From: Patescibacteria group bacterium
GTDB taxonomy: Bacteria; Patescibacteriota; Minisyncoccia; 2-02-FULL-40-12; GWA2-44-9
NCBI GenBank assembly: GCA_038065335.1
Contig: JBBTRD010000008.1
Span: 1-47,160, forward strand
Length of the DNA: 47,160 nucleotides
Direction of reading: 5' to 3'
This document shows positions 40,330 through 47,160 of this stretch, in pieces. The notes beneath the pieces are model-generated. The model was not told where the DNA came from and searched no databases. It saw only the letters and a list, made by a program, of their open reading frames with translations. Made by a program: the position numbers and the translations under genes. How positions within the stretch are numbered: position 1 is the first letter of the stretch; the number at the start of each line of letters is the position of its first letter.

Positions 40330-40743
40330 TCACTTTCGCGAGATGACAGTCGGCGTTGTCCGCTGCACTTCGAGAACTGCTGCGTTCCAGCGCCACTCGA
40401 TGTAATTGTACGCCGGTTGAACCGTCCCCTCTCTCACCTTCTCCGGCACATACACGTGCTGCTTGACCACGGTGCTGGGCGGCAGTTTGGGATCGAACAC
40501 AACGGTTCTGATCCCACCGTGCTTGGTCAACACGGTGATTGACCCTTTGGCGACGTTCCTGTCCTTGAAATCGAACTGGCGGGCTGCCCCGTCATCGACT
40601 TCATAGGTCGCGTTGATGACGTACACCTTGTTGTCGGTGATGCCGTCGCCGTCGGCGGTCGTGAGAGCCACGCCAATGATGATGATGAGCCCTGCCAGGA
40701 GAAAGCCGACGAGCATGCTCAGCACAAACTTCCTGTTTGTCAT
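40330..40743 (-). CDS. hypothetical membrane-anchored protein (137 aa) in a high-GC islet
   Basis: ORF with one N-terminal TM helix. G/C-ending codons dominate, unlike neighbouring genes. Confidence 0.7.
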   Translation of the reverse strand: MTNRKFVLSMLVGFLLAGLIIIIGVALTTADGDGITDNKVYVINATYEVDDGAARQFDFKDRNVAKGSITVLTKHGGIRTVVFDPKLPPSTVVKQHVYVPEKVREGTVQPAYNYIEWRWNAAVLEVQRTTPTVISRK

Positions 40744-40795
40744 GGTACTGCCTTACCTTTCTGCCCCAAAGGGCCTAATCTGAACTGATACCTCC

Positions 40796-40804
40796 ATTAT
40801 AGCA
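40796..40804 (-). promoter_or_regulatory. extended -10 (TGCTATAAT) for 40330..40743
   Basis: The minus strand reads TGCTATAAT. A leader of about 46 nt carries a GAAAGGTAAGG SD-like motif before ATG 40743. Confidence 0.55.
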
Positions 40805-40814
40805 TATCTGCATT

Positions 40815-40852
40815 ATATGTCAAATCCCGCCAACTGGCGGGATTTGACATAT
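40815..40852. terminator. perfect 17-bp hairpin with a CCCGCC..GGCGGG core
   Basis: ATATGTCAAATCCCGCC-aact-GGCGGGATTTGACATAT. Confidence 0.7.
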
Positions 40853-40874
40853 AAATTAGTGTGGCAACTTAACT

Positions 40875-40924
40875 AACTTACACTTTAGAAATAGCTCGTA
40901 CGAGCTATTTCTAAAGTGTAAGTT
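40875..40924. terminator. 50-nt perfect palindrome centred on GCTCGTACGAGC
   Basis: AACTTACACTTTAGAAATAGCTCGT|ACGAGCTATTTCTAAAGTGTAAGTT, 4 nt downstream of the 40929..41768 stop. Confidence 0.75.
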
Positions 40925-40928
40925 TTAT

Positions 40929-41768
40929 TTAGTCGATCAGCGGAGCAAGAGTTTTGTACGAATCAAGTTCGGATTTGGAGACGGGAGCGACTTGATCGAC
41001 GCCAATACCCAAACGGGCAACGGCCATCGGCGTGAGGTAGCGTTTGCCGGAACCGCTGATTTGGAAGACATCGCGGTTAAGCGGTGAAAACTGATAGACG
41101 TACTGGTTCGTCGGATAAAAATTAAATTCTTTGCGACTAATAGTGATGATGTCTTCGGCCCGGTCGCCATAGAATTCAAAAATCTTTTTTGGGTTAACGA
41201 TAGGACGAACTAGACCGCCTTCGGTCAGATAATACACGGCCGAACTGCCTTGCACTTTAACCAAGCTTGCGCGCGGATATTTATCGAGTTGAGCTTGGTT
41301 TATTGGTTGAATCATGTCAAACGTATAACCATAATCGTAGAAGATGGCGAGCGAAGGAAAGACATGTTTTTGACCATTTACTAGAGCATAAACTTCTCCA
41401 GAATTTGGAACAGAAACTAAGTTAATCTTCTGGCCAGATAAATCTTTCGGAGCGACGGCATTATTGATAGTCGCGGTGAGTTTAGAATTATCGGTCGAAG
41501 TCGAAGTGCCAGAACTGGCCACTGGAGTGTTGCTAAAAATATCAAAATTTAAACGGATCAGTTTTGGTTGATAAGTACCAGCCACATATGGTGCGGGTGC
41601 TGTTTGAGAATCACAACCAAGACCGGACATGGCTAAACCACGACAAACCATAGCTTGAGGATCTAGGGCAAGAGAAGAGCCCTGACTGGCTAAAATAGGG
41701 TATAAAGGCATGGCGATTAAGGCCAAAACTGTCGGTAATACAAGGGATAATTTAAGAATTTTTGTCAT
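40929..41768 (-). CDS. secreted hypothetical protein with three internal repeats of about 50 aa
   Basis: 279 aa. Signal-like N-terminus and a repeated pattern (VY.L..G.K..FPS/..IF..YG....I..I....L..YP). Confidence 0.7.
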   Translation of the reverse strand: MTKILKLSLVLPTVLALIAMPLYPILASQGSSLALDPQAMVCRGLAMSGLGCDSQTAPAPYVAGTYQPKLIRLNFDIFSNTPVASSGTSTSTDNSKLTATINNAVAPKDLSGQKINLVSVPNSGEVYALVNGQKHVFPSLAIFYDYGYTFDMIQPINQAQLDKYPRASLVKVQGSSAVYYLTEGGLVRPIVNPKKIFEFYGDRAEDIITISRKEFNFYPTNQYVYQFSPLNRDVFQISGSGKRYLTPMAVARLGIGVDQVAPVSKSELDSYKTLAPLID

Positions 41769-41842
41769 GGATATATAGTATCATGGTTAGCGAGTTGTGT
41801 CAAATCGAGACTAGAATTCATAAATTATGATACAATAATTTT

Positions 41843-42559
41843 ATGGAATCAGATTCGCTAATATTAAAAGTCGACAATCTCGCCGTTCATTTGGATGGTC
41901 AGAAAATCCTACATGATGTTTCGTTTGATTTAAATCGCGGCGACACGGTTGCGATTGTCGGACCAAACGGCGCCGGTAAATCGGTGCTCTTTCGGGCTTT
42001 ACTTAGCCTCGTCCCCTACACCGGCACTGTAACTTGGACCAAAGGTATTAAAATAAATTACATCCCCCAACGTTTTACCATCGACCGTGATTTTCCCTTG
42101 ACCGTTCGAGAATTTCTTCAGTTCAAAACTAAAAACCATCACGCCATCCTTGATGCTCTTCGTTCCGTCGGTATTACCGACGAACATCATATTAATCACT
42201 ACCTCCTCAATCAACGTTTGGGCTGGCTCTCGGGCGGTCAAATTCAACGGGTTTTAATTGCTTGGGCGATTGTTGATGAACCTGATGTAATTCTTTTTGA
42301 TGAACCGACGGCGGGCATTGATGTTGGCGGTGAAGAAACAATCTATCATCTCATTAAAAAATTAAAGAACGAAAAAGATTTAACTATTCTCATCATCTCG
42401 CACGACTTGAATGTTGTCTATAAATATGCCACGTCAGTCTTGTGTTTGAATAAAGACATGATTTGCTACGGCACGCCCGCCGAGGCTCTTGATCCATCAT
42501 CGCTCAAGGCCCTTTACGGCGAAGCGACTTTCTTCACCCATCACCACCACCAGAAATAA
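41843..42559 (+). CDS. metal (Zn/Mn-type) ABC transporter ATP-binding protein
   Basis: 238 aa. Motifs GPNGAGKS, LSGGQIQR, ILFDEPTAGID. His-rich C-terminus (THHHHQK). Confidence 0.88.
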   Translation: MESDSLILKVDNLAVHLDGQKILHDVSFDLNRGDTVAIVGPNGAGKSVLFRALLSLVPYTGTVTWTKGIKINYIPQRFTIDRDFPLTVREFLQFKTKNHHAILDALRSVGITDEHHINHYLLNQRLGWLSGGQIQRVLIAWAIVDEPDVILFDEPTAGIDVGGEETIYHLIKKLKNEKDLTILIISHDLNVVYKYATSVLCLNKDMICYGTPAEALDPSSLKALYGEATFFTHHHHQK

Positions 42560-42656
42560 AACCTAAAGCACAAAATCCTAGATCCTAAACAAATCCCGAA
42601 AACATGAAATTCCAAATCCAAAACAAAAATTCAGAAGGTTTAATTATTAGAATTTT

Positions 42657-43424
42657 GTGAATATATTCACTTTACAATTAATAATCGGCGCGTTAATCGG
42701 TATTGGCGCCGGATATATTGGCGCGTTTATGATTCTCCGACGCATGGCTCTGGTTGGCGATGCCCTCTCCCACGTGGCTTTGCCGGGACTGGCGGTAGCA
42801 TTATTATTTGGATTCAATTCTTTTCTCGGCGCTTTCACGGCCCTCTTTATCGCCATTGTCGGTATCTGGATACTGGAACGTAAAACGAATCTGCCCTCTG
42901 AAACACTGGTCGGGATATTTTTCACCACTGCCTTGGCCTTAGGTATTCTTTTAACTCCTCAACCGGAGTTATTGGAAGCTCTGTTTGGCGATATCGGCAA
43001 TGTCGCCCATATGGATTTATACATTACCCTGCCGATTGTAGCTCTGGTGATTATTATTCTGAAGCTTATTTCCAAGCCCTTAACCTTGAGCACAATTTCC
43101 AAAGAACTGACCCAGTCAATGTCAATGAAAATTCCTGTGAATGCCATTAATTTTATCTTTCTGGCGTTAATCGCCGTTATTGTCGCTCTCGGTATCAAAG
43201 TTACGGGCACACTCCTCATGGGCGCGTTAGTTATTATCCCCGCCGCCGCCGCTCGCAATATTTCCCGTACTTTTTCTCATTACGCGTTTATGTCTGCTGT
43301 TTTAGGTGGTATCACCGCCATCGCCGGCATCGCTATCGCCTATCATTACAATTTCGCTCCCGGCCCTCTCGTTGTCCTCTCCGGCGGCGTCCTTTTCTTA
43401 ATTTCCCTTTTATTCAAGCAATAA
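42657..43424 (+). CDS. metal ABC transporter permease (ABC-3/ZnuB-like)
   Basis: 255 aa with a GTG start. Polytopic, with a GDALSHVALPG motif typical of the ABC-3 family. Confidence 0.85.
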   Translation: MNIFTLQLIIGALIGIGAGYIGAFMILRRMALVGDALSHVALPGLAVALLFGFNSFLGAFTALFIAIVGIWILERKTNLPSETLVGIFFTTALALGILLTPQPELLEALFGDIGNVAHMDLYITLPIVALVIIILKLISKPLTLSTISKELTQSMSMKIPVNAINFIFLALIAVIVALGIKVTGTLLMGALVIIPAAAARNISRTFSHYAFMSAVLGGITAIAGIAIAYHYNFAPGPLVVLSGGVLFLISLLFKQ

Positions 43425-43456
43425 TTGTAAAAAACGGTAAAATATAGTAACATCTT

Positions 43457-43609
43457 GGAGTTGTTGCCGAGCACTTTCGTAACGAAATTTTCAGATTGCG
43501 AGCGAGACAAGGAGAAATTTGGAGCCATACTGATGTATGGTGAGAAATTTCGACGCAGTCGCAGCCACAATGTGAAAATTGCAGTAGAAAAGGTTTCGGC
43601 AACGACTCC
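43457..43609. repeat. inverted-repeat-bounded element upstream of efp containing four 30-nt-phased GAAA(T/A)TT repeats
   Basis: Stem GGAGTTGTTGCCGA (43457-43470) / TCGGCAACGACTCC (43596-43609). GAAATTT or GAAAATT starts at 43484, 43514, 43544 and 43574. Confidence 0.7.
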
Positions 43610-43616
43610 AACTACT

Positions 43617-44240
43617 ATGGCTATCCCCGTAAACGATTTAAAACCCAAAACATATTTTATTTATGAGGGCCAACCCTACGTGGTTTTGGAAACTCATCAT
43701 TTAAAGATGCAACAGCGTCGACCGACGGTGCAGGTTCGGATGCGCAATCTCATCAATGGTAAAATGCTCGAACGCAATTTCGCCCAGTCGGATATTTTTG
43801 AACCCGCCGACGTCGAGCACCAAAAAGTTAAATATCTTTACGCTCATCGCGATCAGTATTGGTTTTCATACGAAAAAGATCTGCCTGACCGGCAGGCAGG
43901 ACCGGCCAAGCGTTTTGAATTAAAATCCGAAATTATCGGTGATTCTGCTAAATTTCTTAAGCCCAATACCTTAATTGATGCCATTGCTTTTTCCGCCGAA
44001 GGCGGATCCGCCTCCGGCGGAGAGTCTCAAATCATCAGCATTGAATTGCCCATCAAAATGGAGTTCAAAGTTACTGAAGCTCCGCCAGCCATCCGGGGCG
44101 ACACCGCTCAAGGGGGGGTCAAACAAGCGACGATTGAAACCGGCGCCTCAATCAACGTTCCTCTCTTTATTAACCAAGGCGATACTATCTTGATCAACAC
44201 CGAAACCGGTGATTATGTAGAACGAGTCAATAAAGGTTAA
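43617..44240 (+). CDS. efp: elongation factor P (with two in-frame repeat insertions)
   Basis: I chose the start at in-frame ATG 43617 (MAIPVNDLKPKTYFIYEGQPYVVLE...). The C-terminal motif is GDTAQGG.K.ATIETGA...VPLFI..GD.I.I.T..G.Y..R. Confidence 0.9.
   Translation: MAIPVNDLKPKTYFIYEGQPYVVLETHHLKMQQRRPTVQVRMRNLINGKMLERNFAQSDIFEPADVEHQKVKYLYAHRDQYWFSYEKDLPDRQAGPAKRFELKSEIIGDSAKFLKPNTLIDAIAFSAEGGSASGGESQIISIELPIKMEFKVTEAPPAIRGDTAQGGVKQATIETGASINVPLFINQGDTILINTETGDYVERVNKG
43881..43900. repeat. CTGCCTG-accgg-CAGGCAG palindrome in frame in efp
   Basis: Same core family as 20420-20440 and 39298-39317. It is translated as LPDRQAG. Confidence 0.8.
43992..44021. repeat. 30-nt GGATCC-centred palindromic element, in frame in efp
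   Basis: TCCGCCGAAGGCGGATCCGCCTCCGGCGGA, with 29/30 matches to the reverse complement of 1405-1434. It is translated as SAEGGSASGG. Confidence 0.9.
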
Positions 44241-44261
44241 TTAAACTCACAAAAAAATGAT

Positions 44262-44297
44262 ATTTTATAAATGGCTCGTACGAGTCATTTATAAAAT
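44262..44297. terminator. 36-nt near-perfect palindrome centred on GCTCGTACGAG, between convergent efp and 44303..44944
   Basis: ATTTTATAAATGGCTCGT|ACGAGTCATTTATAAAAT, with one G-T position. It shares its core with 40875-40924. Confidence 0.7.
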
Positions 44298-44302
44298 AAT
44301 TA

Positions 44303-44944
44303 CTAGTTGTAATGTTTTTGAAAAACAAGGAGCAAGATTGGAACAAGCGCCCAATAAAAAAGGGCGTGTTGATTGCCGATATAGGGCAAGGCGCCCGCCG
44401 GTAAACGCTGGCTGATATTATAAAAACTGGGGGCGAGGTTGAGAATTATAGAAATAATAAATCCCAGTTGGGCCAAGCCCATCGTCACCACGGCCGTAAA
44501 AGACGACTCGCTTAAATTAAATCTAGTCTTTAGAATTGACCGATTTAGCAACCCAAATACAATCGCGTATAGAACGAAAAATACAAACACACGAAGAGTC
44601 GGTAAGTCGTTGGTGAAAGATTGATTATTTAGTAACCAACCAAAGAAAGGAAACATGGCCTGAAGCGTAAAGGCAACATAAATCGCCAATACCGAGATGA
44701 GCGTCCGTGTCCGACCGAGAGTTAAAGCCATGAGCAAAACGCCGACCACGACCAGAATTCCGAACAACTCGCCCGAAGTCAGTGATGGCGCGGATAAGGT
44801 TCCCAAGCCCGGCATCGTAATCTGGCCCGCCTTTTCGGTTACGGTTTTTATCGCCGCCTGTCCGACCGCTTGCGACGCCGATGCCGTCACCTCCCCAAAA
44901 GTCGGAATATGAAATATCTTCAAAAAATTTGAGATAGTATCCAT
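44303..44944 (-). CDS. hypothetical polytopic membrane protein
   Basis: 213 aa with several hydrophobic helices. Confidence 0.7.
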   Translation of the reverse strand: MDTISNFLKIFHIPTFGEVTASASQAVGQAAIKTVTEKAGQITMPGLGTLSAPSLTSGELFGILVVVGVLLMALTLGRTRTLISVLAIYVAFTLQAMFPFFGWLLNNQSFTNDLPTLRVFVFFVLYAIVFGLLNRSILKTRFNLSESSFTAVVTMGLAQLGFIISIILNLAPSFYNISQRLPAGALPYIGNQHALFYWALVPILLLVFQKHYN

Positions 44945-44952
44945 TGAGTTTA

Positions 44953-44961
44953 ATTATAACA
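44953..44961 (-). promoter_or_regulatory. extended -10 (TGTTATAAT), 8 nt upstream of ATG 44944
   Basis: The minus strand reads TGTTATAATtaaactcaATG with no SD. Confidence 0.5.
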
Positions 44962-44991
44962 TAAAAACGGGCGTAAACCCGTTTTTATGTT
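44958..44991 (-). terminator. hairpin after dnaJ (14-bp stem)
   Basis: AACATAAAAACGGG-cgtaaa-CCCGTTTTTATGTT. It overlaps the dnaJ stop codon at 44990-44992. Confidence 0.65.
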
Positions 44992-45802
44992 AGCGAACTT
45001 TGATATTGACGACTAAATCGCCGGGAGGTTGACCGCCTTTGCCGGCGTTGCCAGCTTGAGGAACGACGATATTGTAGGAACGGGGAAGATTCAATGGAAG
45101 ACGAATTTCAATGGTCTGGCGGAATTTGGATCGTCCCCCGCCTTTGCAAGTGGGACATTCTTTTTCAGGCATTCGGCCCCGGCCCCGACAAGTCGGACAA
45201 ACCATGATAGTGGAAAAAACTCCAAATCCACTCCGGGCTTGCCGGCGAACTTGACCCGCGCCTTTGCAGGTTTGGCAAGTGGTTATTTTGTAACCCCTGG
45301 CGACGCCTTCGCCTTTGCATTCCGAACAGGCATCCTGAATATTATATTCCAGTACCCGAGTGGTACCGAGGTCTTTTCTGTTAACCGTCACTTCGATAAA
45401 TAAATCTTCACCCTTGCGTTCTGGCTCCTGTTGGGGCTGGCGATAACCGCCAAACATTTCCGAAAACATTTCAAAAATATCATCTGAATTTCCTCGCCGT
45501 TCGCCCCGGCCCCCGCCGCCAAACATGCTCCAGATATCTTCTTGATTGAAATTATAGCCGCCCTGCTGACCGTTGCCGAAACCGCCGTCGTTATAGGCGT
45601 AGCCGAGCGTGTCATAGTTAGAACGCTTCTGCGGATCCGAAAGCACTTGATAAGCCTCGTTCACTTCTTTGAACTTAGCTTCATTCCCCGTCTTTTTGTC
45701 AGGATGATGTTCGTGGGCCAATTTGCGGTACGCCTTTTTAACCTCATCAGCTGATGCGGTCCGCGGTATCCCTAAAATTGTGTAGTAATCTTTGGAAGCC
45801 AT
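44990..45802 (-). CDS. dnaJ: DnaJ-like co-chaperone, C-terminally short
   Basis: 270 aa. J domain (YYTILGI...HPDK), G/F region and 4 x CxxCxG zinc-finger repeats. The ORF ends shortly after GDLVVNIKV. Confidence 0.88.
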   Translation of the reverse strand: MASKDYYTILGIPRTASADEVKKAYRKLAHEHHPDKKTGNEAKFKEVNEAYQVLSDPQKRSNYDTLGYAYNDGGFGNGQQGGYNFNQEDIWSMFGGGGRGERRGNSDDIFEMFSEMFGGYRQPQQEPERKGEDLFIEVTVNRKDLGTTRVLEYNIQDACSECKGEGVARGYKITTCQTCKGAGQVRRQARSGFGVFSTIMVCPTCRGRGRMPEKECPTCKGGGRSKFRQTIEIRLPLNLPRSYNIVVPQAGNAGKGGQPPGDLVVNIKVR

Positions 45803-45829
45803 ATTAGTTCTATATTATTCTACCACGAC

Positions 45830-45859
45830 TTGACTGTTTATATCAAGGCGTGTTATACT
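45830..45859 (+). promoter_or_regulatory. sigma70-type promoter TTGACT-N18-TATACT with TG extension
   Basis: TTGACT at 45830-45835, TGtTATACT at 45851-45859. It is back-to-back with the dnaJ promoter (TTGATA-N18-TGgTAGAAT) on the minus strand. Confidence 0.6.
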
Positions 45860-45865
45860 GCTTTT

Positions 45866-46077
45866 GTCAGTTCTTTTTCCAATTCGATAGAAACGTGAAT
45901 GGCGCTCTGCGCCTGTGCTTAGCACCACTTTCTATCGAATAGCTGGCCCGGACCTACATCGCCCTGCGCCGGTTGATGGCAGGTGATCCGGTTTGAGTCC
46001 GTTTCTTAGGAGGAACTGTAGCCAGGACAGTTCCCTCCGCGTCTTCCCCCGACTTCGGTCGGGGGTTTCTCTTTTTT
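45866..46077 (+). ncRNA. candidate structured ncRNA of about 210 nt (class unknown)
   Basis: Bounded by the promoter above and an intrinsic terminator, with no ORF longer than 8 codons. Perfect 12-bp stem 45882-45893/45929-45940 enclosing two mini-hairpins, plus a hairpin GGAGGAACTGT..ACAGTTCCCTCC. Confidence 0.5.
46046..46077 (+). terminator. intrinsic terminator CCCCCGAC-ttcg-GTCGGGGG plus TTTCTCTTTTTT
   Basis: 8-bp GC stem with a UUCG loop and a T-rich tail. The tail overlaps the stop of the convergent gene 46076..46867. Confidence 0.8.
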
Positions 46078-46867
46078 AAACAATCAGCACTTCGGCCTTT
46101 GTATCTCGCTCCTCAACCTTGACCATTTTGGTCTTTTTTAATATCCAAAATAAAATTAATCCCATAGCCATAGCTAACCATGCAAATATCCAGCTAAGTC
46201 CGATTAAAATTAAGAACAGCGTAAAAGATAGAATCGGTGGAGTATATTTAAAGTAGGGTTGGAAAAAATTATTAATTTCCGTATAAATGTCATTGGCGAC
46301 CTGATTTAATATTGCTTGTTTTTGTTTGGGACTGCTTTCAATATTTGAACCAAACATTTGATCAGCAACCTGTTGAACAAGGGTCTGAATTTGTGATGGT
46401 AAACGCTCTGTTCTTTCAATATCTTTCATCACTTGGCTTTGATAAGCCGCGAATGAAATCATTAAAAAGAATCCAATAATAATAGGGTACAGACCGGACA
46501 TCAGCGCAATCCGTGGATTAAGTTTGGTCCGTCCCGTCATTTCGTTTCTTACATTTGACACGGAGTAAAAATTAAAAAGCCAGAAGCCAAACACGGCAAG
46601 AAGATTTAGCCACGTAAATCCAAAAAGAGCTATAAACAACAGACCGACAATCGCGCTGATTGATACAGCCCATCGTCGAGCTGGAAATAGTATATACTCC
46701 AAAGCAATAAGACCCACAAGAAGTACAAACGCTAATCCCGCCGACAAACTAAAATTTAATCCAGTCACCGCATTAAACGAAACCGAACGCCCATAACTCC
46801 ATACCCACCACGCCAAAACCGCCACCATCCCATGCCATACAATCAGTTTTAAAGTTAGCTTGTTCAT
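46076..46867 (-). CDS. hypothetical polytopic membrane protein
   Basis: 263 aa with multiple TM helices. Confidence 0.7.
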   Translation of the reverse strand: MNKLTLKLIVWHGMVAVLAWWVWSYGRSVSFNAVTGLNFSLSAGLAFVLLVGLIALEYILFPARRWAVSISAIVGLLFIALFGFTWLNLLAVFGFWLFNFYSVSNVRNEMTGRTKLNPRIALMSGLYPIIIGFFLMISFAAYQSQVMKDIERTERLPSQIQTLVQQVADQMFGSNIESSPKQKQAILNQVANDIYTEINNFFQPYFKYTPPILSFTLFLILIGLSWIFAWLAMAMGLILFWILKKTKMVKVEERDTKAEVLIV

Positions 46868-46874
46868 TTAGTAC

Positions 46875-47160
46875 TTAGTATTGCCCTTTTTCATAATCCG
46901 GCTTTAATTCTAGCCAATCATGATAAACTTTTCTACGAATTGCATCATCTCGCTTTTCAAAATTTCTGGTTGTTGGATCAATTTCAATCCAAGAATCAGA
47001 AGTCGGATTATATATTTCTAGCCAAGCATGCCGATGGGTGCCTTCGTGATCCTGCCCTGACAATATTCCATGAATAAACCTAACCGCAATTCCATATTTC
47101 CTAAGCACGACACCAAATATATTTGACATAGCGCCACAAGATACCATCCCGCGCTCTATC
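46875..47160 (-). CDS. transglutaminase-like superfamily protein, C-terminal part (the ORF runs off the window edge)
   Basis: Cys...His...Asp triad context (G.VSCGAMS ... HRHAWLEIY ... IEIDPT). The frame stays open upstream of the track's Met as far as position 47160. Confidence 0.65.
   Translation of the reverse strand, partial: IERGMVSCGAMSNIFGVVLRKYGIAVRFIHGILSGQDHEGTHRHAWLEIYNPTSDSWIEIDPTTRNFEKRDDAIRRKVYHDWLELKPDYEKGQY

Noticed and set aside
43484-43603. CRISPR-like array (30-nt periodicity).
   Set aside because: Only a 7-nt motif is conserved per unit, there are no real repeat/spacer units of CRISPR size, and there are no cas genes.
43455-43616. Track start 43455 (TTG), giving EF-P a 54-aa N-terminal extension.
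   Set aside because: EF-P homologues start at the MAIPVNDL-type sequence. The extension is the translation of a periodic repeat element.
45905-45930. CIRCE (HrcA) operator upstream of dnaJ.
   Set aside because: Only a TTAGCACC half-site-like string is present. There is no inverted partner at 9-nt spacing, and it lies on the far side of the dnaJ promoter.
45866-46077. Identifying the candidate ncRNA as SRP (4.5S), 6S, RNase P or tmRNA.
   Set aside because: I could not find the SRP helix-8 GGAA/AGCA signature, the RNase P GAGGAAAGTCC box or the tmRNA tRNA-like ends, and the fold is not the rod with a central bubble expected for 6S.
1-47160. Alternative genetic code (UGA recoding, as in some reduced-genome lineages).
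   Set aside because: TGA functions as a stop in ATGA-type gene overlaps (17884-17887, 21344-21347) and at 18631-18633. All conserved proteins are full length under the standard bacterial code.

Overview
This is a 47.2-kb fragment of a compact, moderately AT-rich bacterial genome. The gene content and the many domain-minimised proteins (alpha subunit without a CTD, short AlaRS, short DnaJ, short L13) suggest a reduced-genome lineage such as Candidate Phyla Radiation/Patescibacteria, but that placement is inference. The standard genetic code applies, because TGA is used as a stop in ATGA overlaps. The content is almost entirely housekeeping: tRNA-Arg and tRNA-His, obg, a UvrD-type helicase fused to a Cas4/RecB-like nuclease, alaS, dus, infA-rpmJ-rpsM-rpsK-rpsD-rpoA-rplQ, rplM-rpsI, and mreB. 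There is also a tightly packed envelope-glycopolymer cluster (GT4, GT2/GT4 fusion, Wzy/O-antigen-ligase-like protein, GT2, LCP, GT2, S41 protease), followed by rplI, rpmA, typA, gltX, priA, def-fmt, a metal ABC importer pair, efp and dnaJ. I see no CRISPR array, transposase, integrase, rRNA or recognisable defence operon. The most unusual signal is non-genic. Several families of short GC-rich palindromic or TIR-bounded mini-elements (30 nt, 69 nt, about 125 nt, plus shorter hairpin motifs) sit in frame inside conserved genes (obg, alaS, efp, dus, fmt, glycosyltransferases, helicases), and also occur intergenically. One 69-nt element is present as near-identical copies read in two different frames in adjacent genes, each flanked by short direct repeats exactly 75 nt apart. 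Other points worth a second look are two promoter-plus-terminator-bounded candidate ncRNAs, many apparently leaderless genes, an ATPase-motif-less PriA, an EF-P without the canonical PGKG loop, and a single-gene high-GC islet bracketed by long perfect palindromes.
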